NCBI RefSeq assembly: GCF_001306055.1
Contig: NZ_LGHJ01000016.1
Location: 1-32,000 of the forward strand
From: Bellilinea caldifistulae
Lineage (GTDB): Bacteria > Chloroflexota > Anaerolineae > Anaerolineales > Anaerolineaceae
Length of the DNA: 32,000 bases
Direction: 5' to 3'
Part shown: one piece after another, positions 24,062 through 32,000 of the stretch
Numbering within the stretch: the stretch's first letter is position 1
Layout: the number at the start of each line of letters is the position of its first letter
The notes under the pieces: generated by a model
What the model was told of the DNA's origin: nothing
Seen by the model: the letters and a program-made list of their open reading frames with translations, nothing else
The model's database searches: none
Position numbers and translations under genes: made by a program

Positions 24062-24076
24062 TCTGGAGCGAAATGG

Positions 24077-25195
24077 ATGAACCCCAAAGCCTACTGGGTT
24101 GGTTTCAATTACGTTAAGGGAATTGGATCAGTCCGTCTTAGCCGTTTATTACAGACTTTTAACGGGGATTTGGAAGCTGCATGGCATGCTCCCTATGAAA
24201 AATTGATGGCAGCACGGCTGCATCCCCACCTGGTGGAGAGGGTTTTGAAAATTCGATCCCAGATTGATTTAGAGCGGATTTGGGAAAATATCGAACGAAA
24301 AGCCATTCATGTGATTACCTGGGAGGATGAAAACTACCCCCCAATTCTCCGTCAGATCGATCAGCCGCCACCTGTGCTCTATATCAAAGGTGAATACCTG
24401 CCGGAAGACGAACTGGCTGTGGCAGTCGTTGGGACGCGCCGGGTCTCTGCCTACGGAAAGCAGGTAGCCGAGGAACTGGCTGCGTTTCTGGCCCGCAACC
24501 AGGTAACAGTAGTGAGTGGTTTGGCGCGTGGCACCGATGCAGTGGCTCATCAATCGGCTTTGCGGGCGGGGGGACGCACGCTGGCCGTGCTGGGTTGTGG
24601 GGTGGATTTGGTTTACCCGCCGGAACATGGCCGATTAGCCGAAGAAATTATGGCTAATGGTGCACTTATCAGCGATTATCCGCCCGGAACGCCCCCGGAA
24701 AGCAGTAATTTTCCGCCGCGCAATCGAATTATTTCTGGTTTAGCGCTGGCAACAGTTGTGATTGAAGCCGGCGATACCAGCGGGGCGTTGATAACGGCTT
24801 CTTTTGCTGCGGATCAGGGGAGGGAAGTGTTGGCTGTGCCGGGGAACATCCACTCTCCCAATTCGAAAGGGGTGAACCGGCTGATCCAAAATGGGGCGCG
24901 CCCGCTGCTCAATCCCTCGGATGTTCTGGAGGCGCTGAACATCCAACAGGTGAATACCCGTCGGATTGCCAGAAAAGTATTGCCTTCTGATGAAACAGAG
25001 GCTAAACTATTGCAAGTTTTGGGTGATGATAACCTGTCAGCCGATGAAATCAGTTTCCTCTCGGGTTTGCCGATTGAAAAAGTGTCGGCATGCCTGATTA
25101 TGATGGAATTAAAAGGTCTGGTACGAAATAATGGTGGAACGAACTACCGTGCAATTCGCGAGGAAACGGAATACTACGGAAGGAATGATGAATAA
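24077..25195 (+). CDS. dprA: DNA-processing protein DprA (Smf)
   Basis: Motifs VVGTRRVSAYG, VVSGLARGTDAVAHQSAL and FPPRNRIISGL, plus a C-terminal winged-helix-like tail. GGAG lies 8 nt upstream of the ATG. Confidence 0.9.
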   Translation: MNPKAYWVGFNYVKGIGSVRLSRLLQTFNGDLEAAWHAPYEKLMAARLHPHLVERVLKIRSQIDLERIWENIERKAIHVITWEDENYPPILRQIDQPPPVLYIKGEYLPEDELAVAVVGTRRVSAYGKQVAEELAAFLARNQVTVVSGLARGTDAVAHQSALRAGGRTLAVLGCGVDLVYPPEHGRLAEEIMANGALISDYPPGTPPESSNFPPRNRIISGLALATVVIEAGDTSGALITASFAADQGREVLAVPGNIHSPNSKGVNRLIQNGARPLLNPSDVLEALNIQQVNTRRIARKVLPSDETEAKLLQVLGDDNLSADEISFLSGLPIEKVSACLIMMELKGLVRNNGGTNYRAIREETEYYGRNDE

Positions 25196-26273
25196 ATCGT
25201 TTTATGCTGTGATCATGGCGGGAGGAGGGGGAACTCGTTTGTGGCCTCTTTCGCGCTCGGTGCGCCCAAAACAAATGCTCAAACTGGGCTCGGAGCGTAC
25301 CCTCTTTCAACAGGCAGTTGACCGTTTGTATGGACTGGTGCCACCTGAACGAATTCTGGTAGTGACCGGTGCGGAAATGGCCATGGATTTGCAGAAGGAT
25401 TGCCCCGAAATCCCAGGAGATAATTACCTGATCGAACCGGCACCAAAGGGAACAGCTGCGGTAGTGGGATTAGCAGCTGCTTATTTGTACTCGAAAGACC
25501 GACAGGCCGTAATGGCGATCCTGACGGCTGATCACGTTATTCGGGATGTGGCTTATTTTCAAAAGATTTTACGGGTAGCCGATGAAGCCGCCCGTTTAGG
25601 ATATCTGGTTACCCTGGGGATCCATCCAACCTCCCCTTCAACTGGTTATGGCTATATTCAACGTGGTCAGCCGGTGGCGGAAATCAATCAGCAACGGGTG
25701 TATCAAGTGCTCCAGTTCAAGGAAAAACCGGATGCGGATACTGCCCGACGGATGGTAGAAAGTGGTGATCACGACTGGAATTCAGGTATGTTTTTCTGGA
25801 AGGTTGAACAAATTCGCCGGGAAATTGCGAATCAATTACCCGAATTGTATCAAGTGATGATCCAAATTGAAAACGCCGGCTTTGAAAGACAGGAAGAGTG
25901 GCTGCCACTTTGGATGAAATTGAAACCGGAAACCATTGATTACGGGATTATGGAACGTGCCCGGCAGGTGGTTGTCATCCCGGCGGCCGGCCTGGGTTGG
26001 AATGATGTAGGTAGTTGGGATTCGCTGTTTGAGGTGTTGGAAAGCGATGGAAACGGGAATATCCGGTTGAGCGACCAGTGGCTTGCGCTTGATTCCCAAA
26101 AGACGCTGGTGCTTTGTGAGGACGATCAGCGCCTGATTGCTACGATTGGGGTTGAGAATTTGATCATCGTGGATAGCGGAAATGTGCTGCTGGTTTGTCA
26201 CAAAGACAAGGCCCAGTCAGTTCGTGAACTAGTCCAGATATTGAAACAAAGTGGAAAAGATAATTATCTTTAA
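25185..26273 (+). CDS. mannose-1-phosphate guanylyltransferase-like sugar-1-phosphate nucleotidyltransferase
   Basis: YAVIMAGGGGTRLWPLSR is the nucleotidyltransferase signature. I prefer ATG 25185/25188 (GGAAGGA upstream). It overlaps the dprA stop by about 10 nt. There is no C-terminal PMI/cupin domain. Confidence 0.8.
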   Translation: MMNKSFYAVIMAGGGGTRLWPLSRSVRPKQMLKLGSERTLFQQAVDRLYGLVPPERILVVTGAEMAMDLQKDCPEIPGDNYLIEPAPKGTAAVVGLAAAYLYSKDRQAVMAILTADHVIRDVAYFQKILRVADEAARLGYLVTLGIHPTSPSTGYGYIQRGQPVAEINQQRVYQVLQFKEKPDADTARRMVESGDHDWNSGMFFWKVEQIRREIANQLPELYQVMIQIENAGFERQEEWLPLWMKLKPETIDYGIMERARQVVVIPAAGLGWNDVGSWDSLFEVLESDGNGNIRLSDQWLALDSQKTLVLCEDDQRLIATIGVENLIIVDSGNVLLVCHKDKAQSVRELVQILKQSGKDNYL

Positions 26274-26289
26274 GGCAGGGAGGTAAACC

Positions 26290-28665
26290 TTGGAAGCCTA
26301 TTGTGTAAAGTGCAAAGAAAAGCGAGAGATGGTTTCTCCGCGAGCGGAATTTAACGCTGCAGGCACACCCGTTACGCGGGGAATTTGCCCGGTTTGCGGT
26401 ACCCAATTGTTCCGCATGGGGAAAACCCCCGAACATGAAAATCTGCCTGCACCGGAAAAGAAAGAAAGACCGGCGGACAAGCTGATTAACGCAGCCCATT
26501 CCAAACGCCAACGCAGAACCAAAAAGGATAACGGCCATGATGAACGAAGTGGGAAACTGGTGATTGTCGAATCGCCGGCAAAAGCCCGCACGGTTGGCCG
26601 CTTTTTAGGAAAAGGTTATACGGTTAAGGCCTCCGTCGGTCATATTCGCGATTTATTGCGTTCAGAACTTTCGGTAGATGTTGAAAACAATTTTCAACCC
26701 AAGTACCGTGTCCCGAATGAAAAGCGGGCGGTTGTGAAGGAAATAAAGGATCTGGTTAAGAAAGCTGAAGAAATTTATCTGGCCACCGACCCGGATCGGG
26801 AGGGAGAAGCAATCGCCTGGCACTTAATGGAAGCTGCAGAAATTCCAGAAAATCTCTCTCGGCGGGTAGTTTTTCATGAGATTACCCAACCGGCGATTGA
26901 GGAAGCTTTCTCTCATCCGCGCAGTATCAATATGAATCTGGTCAATGCTCAACAAGGACGAAGGATTTTGGACCGCCTGGTGGGCTACAATCTCAGTCCG
27001 TTACTATGGGAGAAGGTGCGCAGCCGCCTGTCAGCTGGAAGGGTGCAGTCGGTTGCTCTGCGGTTGATTGTGGAGCGGGAACGTGAGATCGAAGCCTTCG
27101 TACCGGTCGAGTACTGGACAATTGCTATCGAATTGAAACCCCACGGCGGCCGGCAATCGTATGTGGCGAAACTCGTAAAAGTCAATGAGCAAGAACCTCA
27201 ATTACCCGATCAGGCGACCGTCCAAGGTTTGCTTGAGGATATGGAGCCAGCGGTTTACCGGGTTGTACGAATTAAGCGGGGAGAAAGGAAACGCAAGCCA
27301 GCTGCTCCCTTCATCACCAGCACCTTACAGCAGGAAGCATCGCGAAAATTGGGGTACACTGCCCGCCGCACGATGATGATTGCTCAACAATTATACGAAG
27401 GCTTGGATGTGGGTGAGGGTGGTTCGACCGGCCTGATCACCTATATGCGCACCGATTCGACCAATATCTCTGATCTGGCACAAAAAGAAGCACGGGATTT
27501 TATTCTGAACACCTATGGGAAAGAATATCTCCCTCAAACGCCGCCTCAGTACAAGACCCGTGCCGTCGGTGCTCAGGAAGCGCACGAAGCAATCCGGCCA
27601 ACCTCCGTGCTGCGGATGCCCGAAAAGGTAAAACCATTCCTCAGCCCTGAGCAATACAAATTATACATGCTCATCTGGCAACGTTTTGTCGCTTCTCAAA
27701 TGGAATCGGCTGTAATGGACACGGTTTCAGTTGAGGTAGAAGGCAAAGGCAAGATCAATGTCTATCTGTTACGGGCTTCGGGTTCGACCTTGAAATTCCC
27801 CGGTTTTCTGGCGGTCTATGAGGAATCGCGCGACGAAGACCAGAAGAGTGAAGACGAGGACAACGTACGTATTCCCCCCGGTTTGGAGGAAGGACAGCTG
27901 CAGGAATTGCAGCGCTTGCTGCCCGAACAGCACTTTACCCAACCACCACCGCGATATTCCGAAGCCACTCTGGTACAAACCCTTGAGGAAAATGGAATTG
28001 GGCGTCCTTCTACTTATGCACCAATCCTTTCCACCATTGTGGAACGCGGTTATGTGGTGCGTGAAAACAAGAAATTGATTCCCACCGAAACGGGTTTACT
28101 GGTTAACGATTTACTGGTGCAGCATTTCCCGGATATTGTAGATGTTGGATTTACGGCCAAGATGGAAAGCGACCTCGATCAGGTGGCTTCTGGAAGCCGT
28201 GAATGGGTGGATGTGATCCGCTCATTTTACGAGAATTTTGAACCCACCATCAAGAAGGCGCAAGAATCCATACCCGTGACCAAAACTGTGGAGAAGATTG
28301 GGCGTGCCTGTCCTCAATGCGGTCACGATTTGATTATCCGCTGGGGAAGATACGGAAAGTTCATTTCTTGCAGCAATTTTCCTGAATGTCGTTATACCGA
28401 GCCATGGCTGGAAAAAATTGGGGTTGCCTGCCCCGAATGCGGCGGCGATTTGATTGAACGCAAGACACGCAAGGGGCGGGTGTTTTACGGGTGTTCTAAC
28501 TACCCGACCTGTCAATTTACCACCTGGAAACGGCCGGTGGCAACTCCCTGTCCGAATTGCGGGGGTTTGCTGGTCATTTCCAATAAACGGGAATTGCAAT
28601 GTTTGAAATGTGAGGAAAGTTTCTTGCAAGAAGAGATTGGGGTAACCTCGCCGGAATCGGCATGA
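26290..28665 (+). CDS. topA: DNA topoisomerase I with an extra N-terminal zinc ribbon and three C-terminal zinc ribbons
   Basis: TOPRIM motifs LVIVESPAKA and DPDREGEAIAWH. Active-site region GLITYMRTDST. C-terminal fingers CPQC...CSNFPEC, CPEC...CSNYPTC and CPNC...CLKC. The TTG start at 26290 has GGGAGG (26278-26283) 6 nt upstream. Confidence 0.9.
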   Translation: MEAYCVKCKEKREMVSPRAEFNAAGTPVTRGICPVCGTQLFRMGKTPEHENLPAPEKKERPADKLINAAHSKRQRRTKKDNGHDERSGKLVIVESPAKARTVGRFLGKGYTVKASVGHIRDLLRSELSVDVENNFQPKYRVPNEKRAVVKEIKDLVKKAEEIYLATDPDREGEAIAWHLMEAAEIPENLSRRVVFHEITQPAIEEAFSHPRSINMNLVNAQQGRRILDRLVGYNLSPLLWEKVRSRLSAGRVQSVALRLIVEREREIEAFVPVEYWTIAIELKPHGGRQSYVAKLVKVNEQEPQLPDQATVQGLLEDMEPAVYRVVRIKRGERKRKPAAPFITSTLQQEASRKLGYTARRTMMIAQQLYEGLDVGEGGSTGLITYMRTDSTNISDLAQKEARDFILNTYGKEYLPQTPPQYKTRAVGAQEAHEAIRPTSVLRMPEKVKPFLSPEQYKLYMLIWQRFVASQMESAVMDTVSVEVEGKGKINVYLLRASGSTLKFPGFLAVYEESRDEDQKSEDEDNVRIPPGLEEGQLQELQRLLPEQHFTQPPPRYSEATLVQTLEENGIGRPSTYAPILSTIVERGYVVRENKKLIPTETGLLVNDLLVQHFPDIVDVGFTAKMESDLDQVASGSREWVDVIRSFYENFEPTIKKAQESIPVTKTVEKIGRACPQCGHDLIIRWGRYGKFISCSNFPECRYTEPWLEKIGVACPECGGDLIERKTRKGRVFYGCSNYPTCQFTTWKRPVATPCPNCGGLLVISNKRELQCLKCEESFLQEEIGVTSPESA

Positions 28666-28711
28666 TAATTGCAACTCACCTCCTCAGTCGGAAATTCATG
28701 CCGTCATCGCA

Positions 28712-28740
28712 GTTGCACCAATTTGAACCTTGTTCTACAA
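28712..28740 (+). promoter_or_regulatory. sigma70-type promoter for the orphan membrane-protein gene
   Basis: -35 TTGCAC (28712-28717), 17-nt spacer, -10 TACAAT (28735-28740). Confidence 0.45.
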
Positions 28741-28806
28741 TAAATTCAAGTGTCTGGTGAAAACTGCACGGCAGAGAAAATCACAGCCAGTGAGGAGCAA
28801 AAAATC

Positions 28807-29805
28807 ATGGATAAGATTCGAGAACAATTACGCAATCCGCTCATCTCAGCGATTACGGGCTTCGTGATCGGTCTGATCATCGGTTTGCCTGTATTGGGGT
28901 GGGGGCTTTGGCCGGTCAAGTGGGTCAATGCGGATCCCAGCCAGTTGCGGGATGATTTCAAACAGGAGTACCTGTGCCTGGTCATTGATTCGTATGCCAG
29001 AAAAGGGGACACCGCTATTGCCATGCAGCGATTTGAAGCATTAGGGGAATCCGGCGGTTCCCTGCTTGATTCCCTGAAACCGGGTACCTGTAATTTATCC
29101 GAAGGGGATATCAATTCCTTCCGGGCGCTTGTGATGGGGCCCACCGTGCCTTTGCCGGGTGAAACGGTGGTACCAACCCAACCACCTGCTGCAGGGGGCG
29201 GGTCACGATTGGGGCTGGTTATTTTGCTCTGTTTGGTAACGCTGGGGGTTGGGGCAGGTTTGGTTTACCTGTTGGTACTTCGCAAACGGCCAGTCAAAAC
29301 TGAAAGTCCGGCGGGGGTCGCGCAGGATTTGAATCGTCAGGCTGAGCGCACAGATTATGCGGCTGAAGGACAGGAAGCGCCCATCAATCAATTCATGACG
29401 ACCTACGTCATGGGGGATGACCTGTATGATGACTCGTTCAGCATTGACTCGCCAACTGGTGAGTTTTTAGGCGAGTGCGGTGTCGGGATTTCCGAAACAA
29501 TTGGTGTTGGAGATCCCAAAAAGGTTACTGCTTTTGAAGTTTGGTTGTTCGATAAAAATGACATTCAAACGGTAACCAAAGTGCTGATGTCCCCGCATGC
29601 CTTTAATGATCCGGCTATCCGCCAACGATTGGAATCCAAAGGCGAACCCGTTGAGGTTGCCAAAGACCGTCGGGTATTGCTGGAAACGGCTACCCTGCAA
29701 CTGGAAGCAAGGGTGGTGGATGTGAGCCTGGGTGGCGGCGCTTTACCCGAAAACAGTTATTTTGAACGGTTAACGCTTGAACTGGCTGTGTGGCCAAAAT
29801 CATAA
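28807..29805 (+). CDS. hypothetical two-TM membrane protein, no family recognised
   Basis: 332 aa from ATG 28807 (GAGGAG 9 nt upstream). TM1 is LISAITGFVIGLIIGLPVLGWGL. An extracytoplasmic segment of about 90 aa and a Pro-rich linker follow. TM2 is LGLVILLCLVTLGVGAGLVYLLVL followed by RKR. The C-terminal domain is about 150 aa. The ORF-track GTG at 28750 sits only 3 nt from the predicted transcription start. Confidence 0.7.
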   Translation: MDKIREQLRNPLISAITGFVIGLIIGLPVLGWGLWPVKWVNADPSQLRDDFKQEYLCLVIDSYARKGDTAIAMQRFEALGESGGSLLDSLKPGTCNLSEGDINSFRALVMGPTVPLPGETVVPTQPPAAGGGSRLGLVILLCLVTLGVGAGLVYLLVLRKRPVKTESPAGVAQDLNRQAERTDYAAEGQEAPINQFMTTYVMGDDLYDDSFSIDSPTGEFLGECGVGISETIGVGDPKKVTAFEVWLFDKNDIQTVTKVLMSPHAFNDPAIRQRLESKGEPVEVAKDRRVLLETATLQLEARVVDVSLGGGALPENSYFERLTLELAVWPKS

Positions 29806-29819
29806 ACACAATTGGCCGT

Positions 29820-29860
29820 AAAAATCATGGGGCTGCTCGCGAGCAGCCCCATTTCTTTTG
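29820..29860. terminator. bidirectional Rho-independent terminator between the convergent membrane-protein gene and greA
   Basis: 26-nt perfect palindrome ATGGGGCTGCTCG/CGAGCAGCCCCAT (29827-29852). It is flanked by AAAAATC upstream and TTCTTTT downstream. Confidence 0.8.
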
Positions 29861-29873
29861 CATCTAGAATGTG

Positions 29874-30341
29874 TTATTCAATTTTGAGAATTTTTAAGCG
29901 GATTTCTCCGTTGGGCGTATCCACAATAACTACATCGCCGACTTTATGCCCCATCAAAGCTCGGCCAATCGGGGATTCGTGGGAAATTCTTCCGTTACTG
30001 GGGTCGGCTTCTTTGGGGCCAACCAGGTGATAGCGTTCGGGTTCGAAGCCATCTTCCTGAATGGTAACGTAATCCCCAATTCCGATTTCATTCAAATTCT
30101 TTTCTACGTGGTCAATGATAATGACATTGGAAAGCAGCTGTTCCAATTCGCGAATGCGGCCTTCCAGAAAGCCCTGTTCTTCTTTGGCGGCGGTGTAATC
30201 CGCATTTTCGGAAAGATCACCCTGTTCAATCGCTGCGCGCAGGCGCTTGGCAAGTTGCTCACGAGCGGGGCCTTTAAGGTATTCAAGTTCTTGTTTGAGG
30301 CGATCTAAACCCTCTTGGGTCAGGTATGAAGCTTCAGCCAT
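29874..30341 (-). CDS. greA: transcription elongation factor GreA
   Basis: 155 aa with motifs GDLSENADYTAAKEEQ and SHESPIGRALMGHKVGD. AGGAG lies 9 nt upstream of the ATG. Confidence 0.95.
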   Translation of the reverse strand: MAEASYLTQEGLDRLKQELEYLKGPAREQLAKRLRAAIEQGDLSENADYTAAKEEQGFLEGRIRELEQLLSNVIIIDHVEKNLNEIGIGDYVTIQEDGFEPERYHLVGPKEADPSNGRISHESPIGRALMGHKVGDVVIVDTPNGEIRLKILKIE

Positions 30342-30377
30342 TCTAACCTACTCCTAACATTTACATTAACGGCAATA

Positions 30378-30386
30378 ATGATACCA
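30378..30386 (-). promoter_or_regulatory. candidate extended -10 promoter for greA
   Basis: Minus strand reads TGgTATCAT, about 37 nt upstream of the greA ATG. No good -35. Confidence 0.3.
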
Positions 30387-30431
30387 TGTTTTTCTTGGAA
30401 AAGGGATCGGTCGTGGAAAAATAATTGCCAA

Positions 30432-31580
30432 TTAGGGAAGAGTTTCGGCGTTAAATAATTTTCGATATTCCTCCGTGGCATAACGATCGGTCATACCGGC
30501 AATATAATCACAAACCGTTCGATGAATGCCAAATTTTTCTATTCTTTTTTGGACATGGTGCGGCAAAATCGTTGGTTCTGAGCAATAGGCGTTGAAAAGC
30601 TCGCTGATCAGGCGTTCTGCTTTGACTGCCATTCGTACCACACGATAATGACGGTAGAGATTCTTGTAAAGAAAATCCTTCAACTGGCGGTTGCGGCGGT
30701 GAAAAGTTTCGCTGAAAGTAACCACGTTAAAATCCAATCTTTGGAGATCCTCAACGGATTGAACGCCGCTTTCTTTCAGATTTTGGCTGGTGGTCTCGAC
30801 AATATCATCCACTTCTTTCCCGATCAGGCGACGGATGATGCGGTGACGGGTCAGATCGTCCAGACCATCACCCTGCCAGCCAATCGAAGATTTCATCACT
30901 TGCCAGATTTCGATTTCCTCCAGCATTTCCTGAGTAATCATTCCAGAACGTAAGCCGTCATCCAGATCGTGGGCTGTGTAAGCCAGCTCGTCAGCAACGT
31001 TGGCAATTTGAGCCTCAATGTGCCCGCGTAATTCGGGGTTGAAATCGCGCGCATCGGTTTTATCATATTCGGTTTCGTGTTTGACAATACCTTCCAGTAC
31101 TTCCCAGGAGAGATTGAGACCAGGAAATTCGGGGTAACGTTGTTCCAGTTCGGTGACGATGCGCAGGGACTGTTTATTGTGCTCAAAGCCGCCGTGATCC
31201 TTCATTAGTCGTGCCAGAGCAATTTCTCCCGAATGGCCAAAAGGGGGATGACCTAAATCGTGAGCCAGGCAGATACTTTCTGTCAGGTCTTCATTTGCAC
31301 CCAATGCACGCGCCAGCGTCCTACCAATTTGAGCCACTTCAAGGGTATGGGTCAAGCGGGTGCGGTAGTAATCCCCTTCGTAATTAATGAAAACTTGAGT
31401 TTTATATTCTAATCGGCGGAAGGCGGTGGTATGCAAAATGCGGTCGCGGTCGCGTTGAAAAACGGTGCGGTAGGCCGGTTCATCTTCCGGGTAAAACCGG
31501 CCACGGGAATATTTGCTGCGACTGGCATATGGCGCCAATATTTTGTCTTCAATTTCTTCCAGCTCTTGGCGGGTGACCAT
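30432..31580 (-). CDS. dgt: deoxyguanosinetriphosphate triphosphohydrolase-like HD-domain protein
   Basis: Motifs RLTHTLEVAQIGRTLA, AHDLGHPPFGH, ADELAYTAHDLDDG and YIAGMTDRYA. GGAGG lies 6 nt upstream of the ATG. Confidence 0.85.
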   Translation of the reverse strand: MVTRQELEEIEDKILAPYASRSKYSRGRFYPEDEPAYRTVFQRDRDRILHTTAFRRLEYKTQVFINYEGDYYRTRLTHTLEVAQIGRTLARALGANEDLTESICLAHDLGHPPFGHSGEIALARLMKDHGGFEHNKQSLRIVTELEQRYPEFPGLNLSWEVLEGIVKHETEYDKTDARDFNPELRGHIEAQIANVADELAYTAHDLDDGLRSGMITQEMLEEIEIWQVMKSSIGWQGDGLDDLTRHRIIRRLIGKEVDDIVETTSQNLKESGVQSVEDLQRLDFNVVTFSETFHRRNRQLKDFLYKNLYRHYRVVRMAVKAERLISELFNAYCSEPTILPHHVQKRIEKFGIHRTVCDYIAGMTDRYATEEYRKLFNAETLP

Positions 31581-31595
31581 TGATAACCTCCTTTT

Positions 31596-32000
31596 TTACT
31601 CTTTAGTGAGCAGGGTACCGGTCGGAATGCCCGATAAAGCATCTTGTAGATTGCCGGGAGTCAGGCCGGAAAAAATCATCGCGCGTAATTGTGGATCAGT
31701 TTGAATCAATTCGAACATCAGGCGGACTTTTTCGACCATTCCACCGGTTACGTCTGGAGCTGCTGAACCCTGCAAGAGCGGCAAGATGCCATCTTTTTCG
31801 GCGAGGGTGATTTTGGGAAGAAGATGTGAACAGGTCGGAAAGTCTGCAAATACCCCTTCTTCAATGCCGCAGAGCAAAATCTCGGTAGGGGGTAGCGAAC
31901 CTGCGAGTGCCATGAACACATCTTCGGTGGAAAAAATCGTTCCCCCAATTCGTGAATCGAATACCACGTCACCGTTGACCAATGGAATAAAACCTGCCTG
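31596..32000 (-). CDS. isopentenyl phosphate kinase (amino-acid kinase fold), 3' part; the 5' end lies beyond the right edge
   Basis: The reading frame stays open to position 32000 (..QAGFIPLVNGDVV..), so the TTG at 31982 is not the real start. Motifs GDVVFD and APDVTGGM, with a C-terminal region typical of IPK. Confidence 0.7.
   Translation of the reverse strand, partial: QAGFIPLVNGDVVFDSRIGGTIFSTEDVFMALAGSLPPTEILLCGIEEGVFADFPTCSHLLPKITLAEKDGILPLLQGSAAPDVTGGMVEKVRLMFELIQTDPQLRAMIFSGLTPGNLQDALSGIPTGTLLTKE

Noticed and set aside
28670-28716. Inverted repeat TGCAACT...AGTTGCA downstream of topA as a terminator
   Set aside because: A 7-bp stem with a 33-nt loop and no T-tail is not terminator-like. 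The right arm coincides with the -35 of the next promoter.
30432-31580. The dGTPase-like gene as an anti-phage nucleotide-depletion defence gene
   Set aside because: It lies in a housekeeping context (greA, IPK). It is ordinary in size and motifs for the chromosomal Dgt-like family. No neighbouring defence or mobile genes or compositional break are visible.

Overview
This window is 32 kb of densely coded, mostly housekeeping chromosomal DNA. It holds about 27 protein genes on both strands and one tRNA-Leu(CAG). I saw no rRNA, CRISPR array, transposase, integrase or phage-like genes. The gene content is a multi-GAF SpoIIE-type phosphatase, several PD40/TolB-like propeller proteins, Thr/Pro-rich linkers in secreted proteins, an isopentenyl phosphate kinase and a TopA with an extra N-terminal zinc ribbon. 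That mix suggests a Chloroflexota (Anaerolineae-like) genome, but this is inference only. Left to right the window contains: tRNA-Leu; an FtsB/DivIC-like gene; a minus-strand partner-switching operon (STAS, RsbW-like kinase, 1286-aa six-GAF PP2C phosphatase); a LysM protein; a permease/TIGR03943 pair coupled to a PD40 protein; queG; an envelope block (TolB-like, M23 peptidase, Ig-like lipoprotein); a heterodimeric ABC exporter; a small unknown ORF; DUF1015; degV; ffh-rpsP-KH-rimM; dprA; a sugar-1-P nucleotidyltransferase; topA; an orphan two-TM protein; greA; a dGTPase-like gene; and a partial isopentenyl phosphate kinase. I found no clear-cut novel system such as a defence island or mobile element. 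The best candidates for follow-up are the sigma-less partner-switch with the hexa-GAF phosphatase, the TolB-like protein with a possibly dead LAS/VanY-like domain coupled to an active M23 peptidase, the DUF1015 plus small-ORF pair upstream of the asymmetric ABC exporter, the zinc-ribbon-extended TopA, and the orphan membrane protein at 28807-29805. Promoter and terminator calls come from hexamer and hairpin inspection only.
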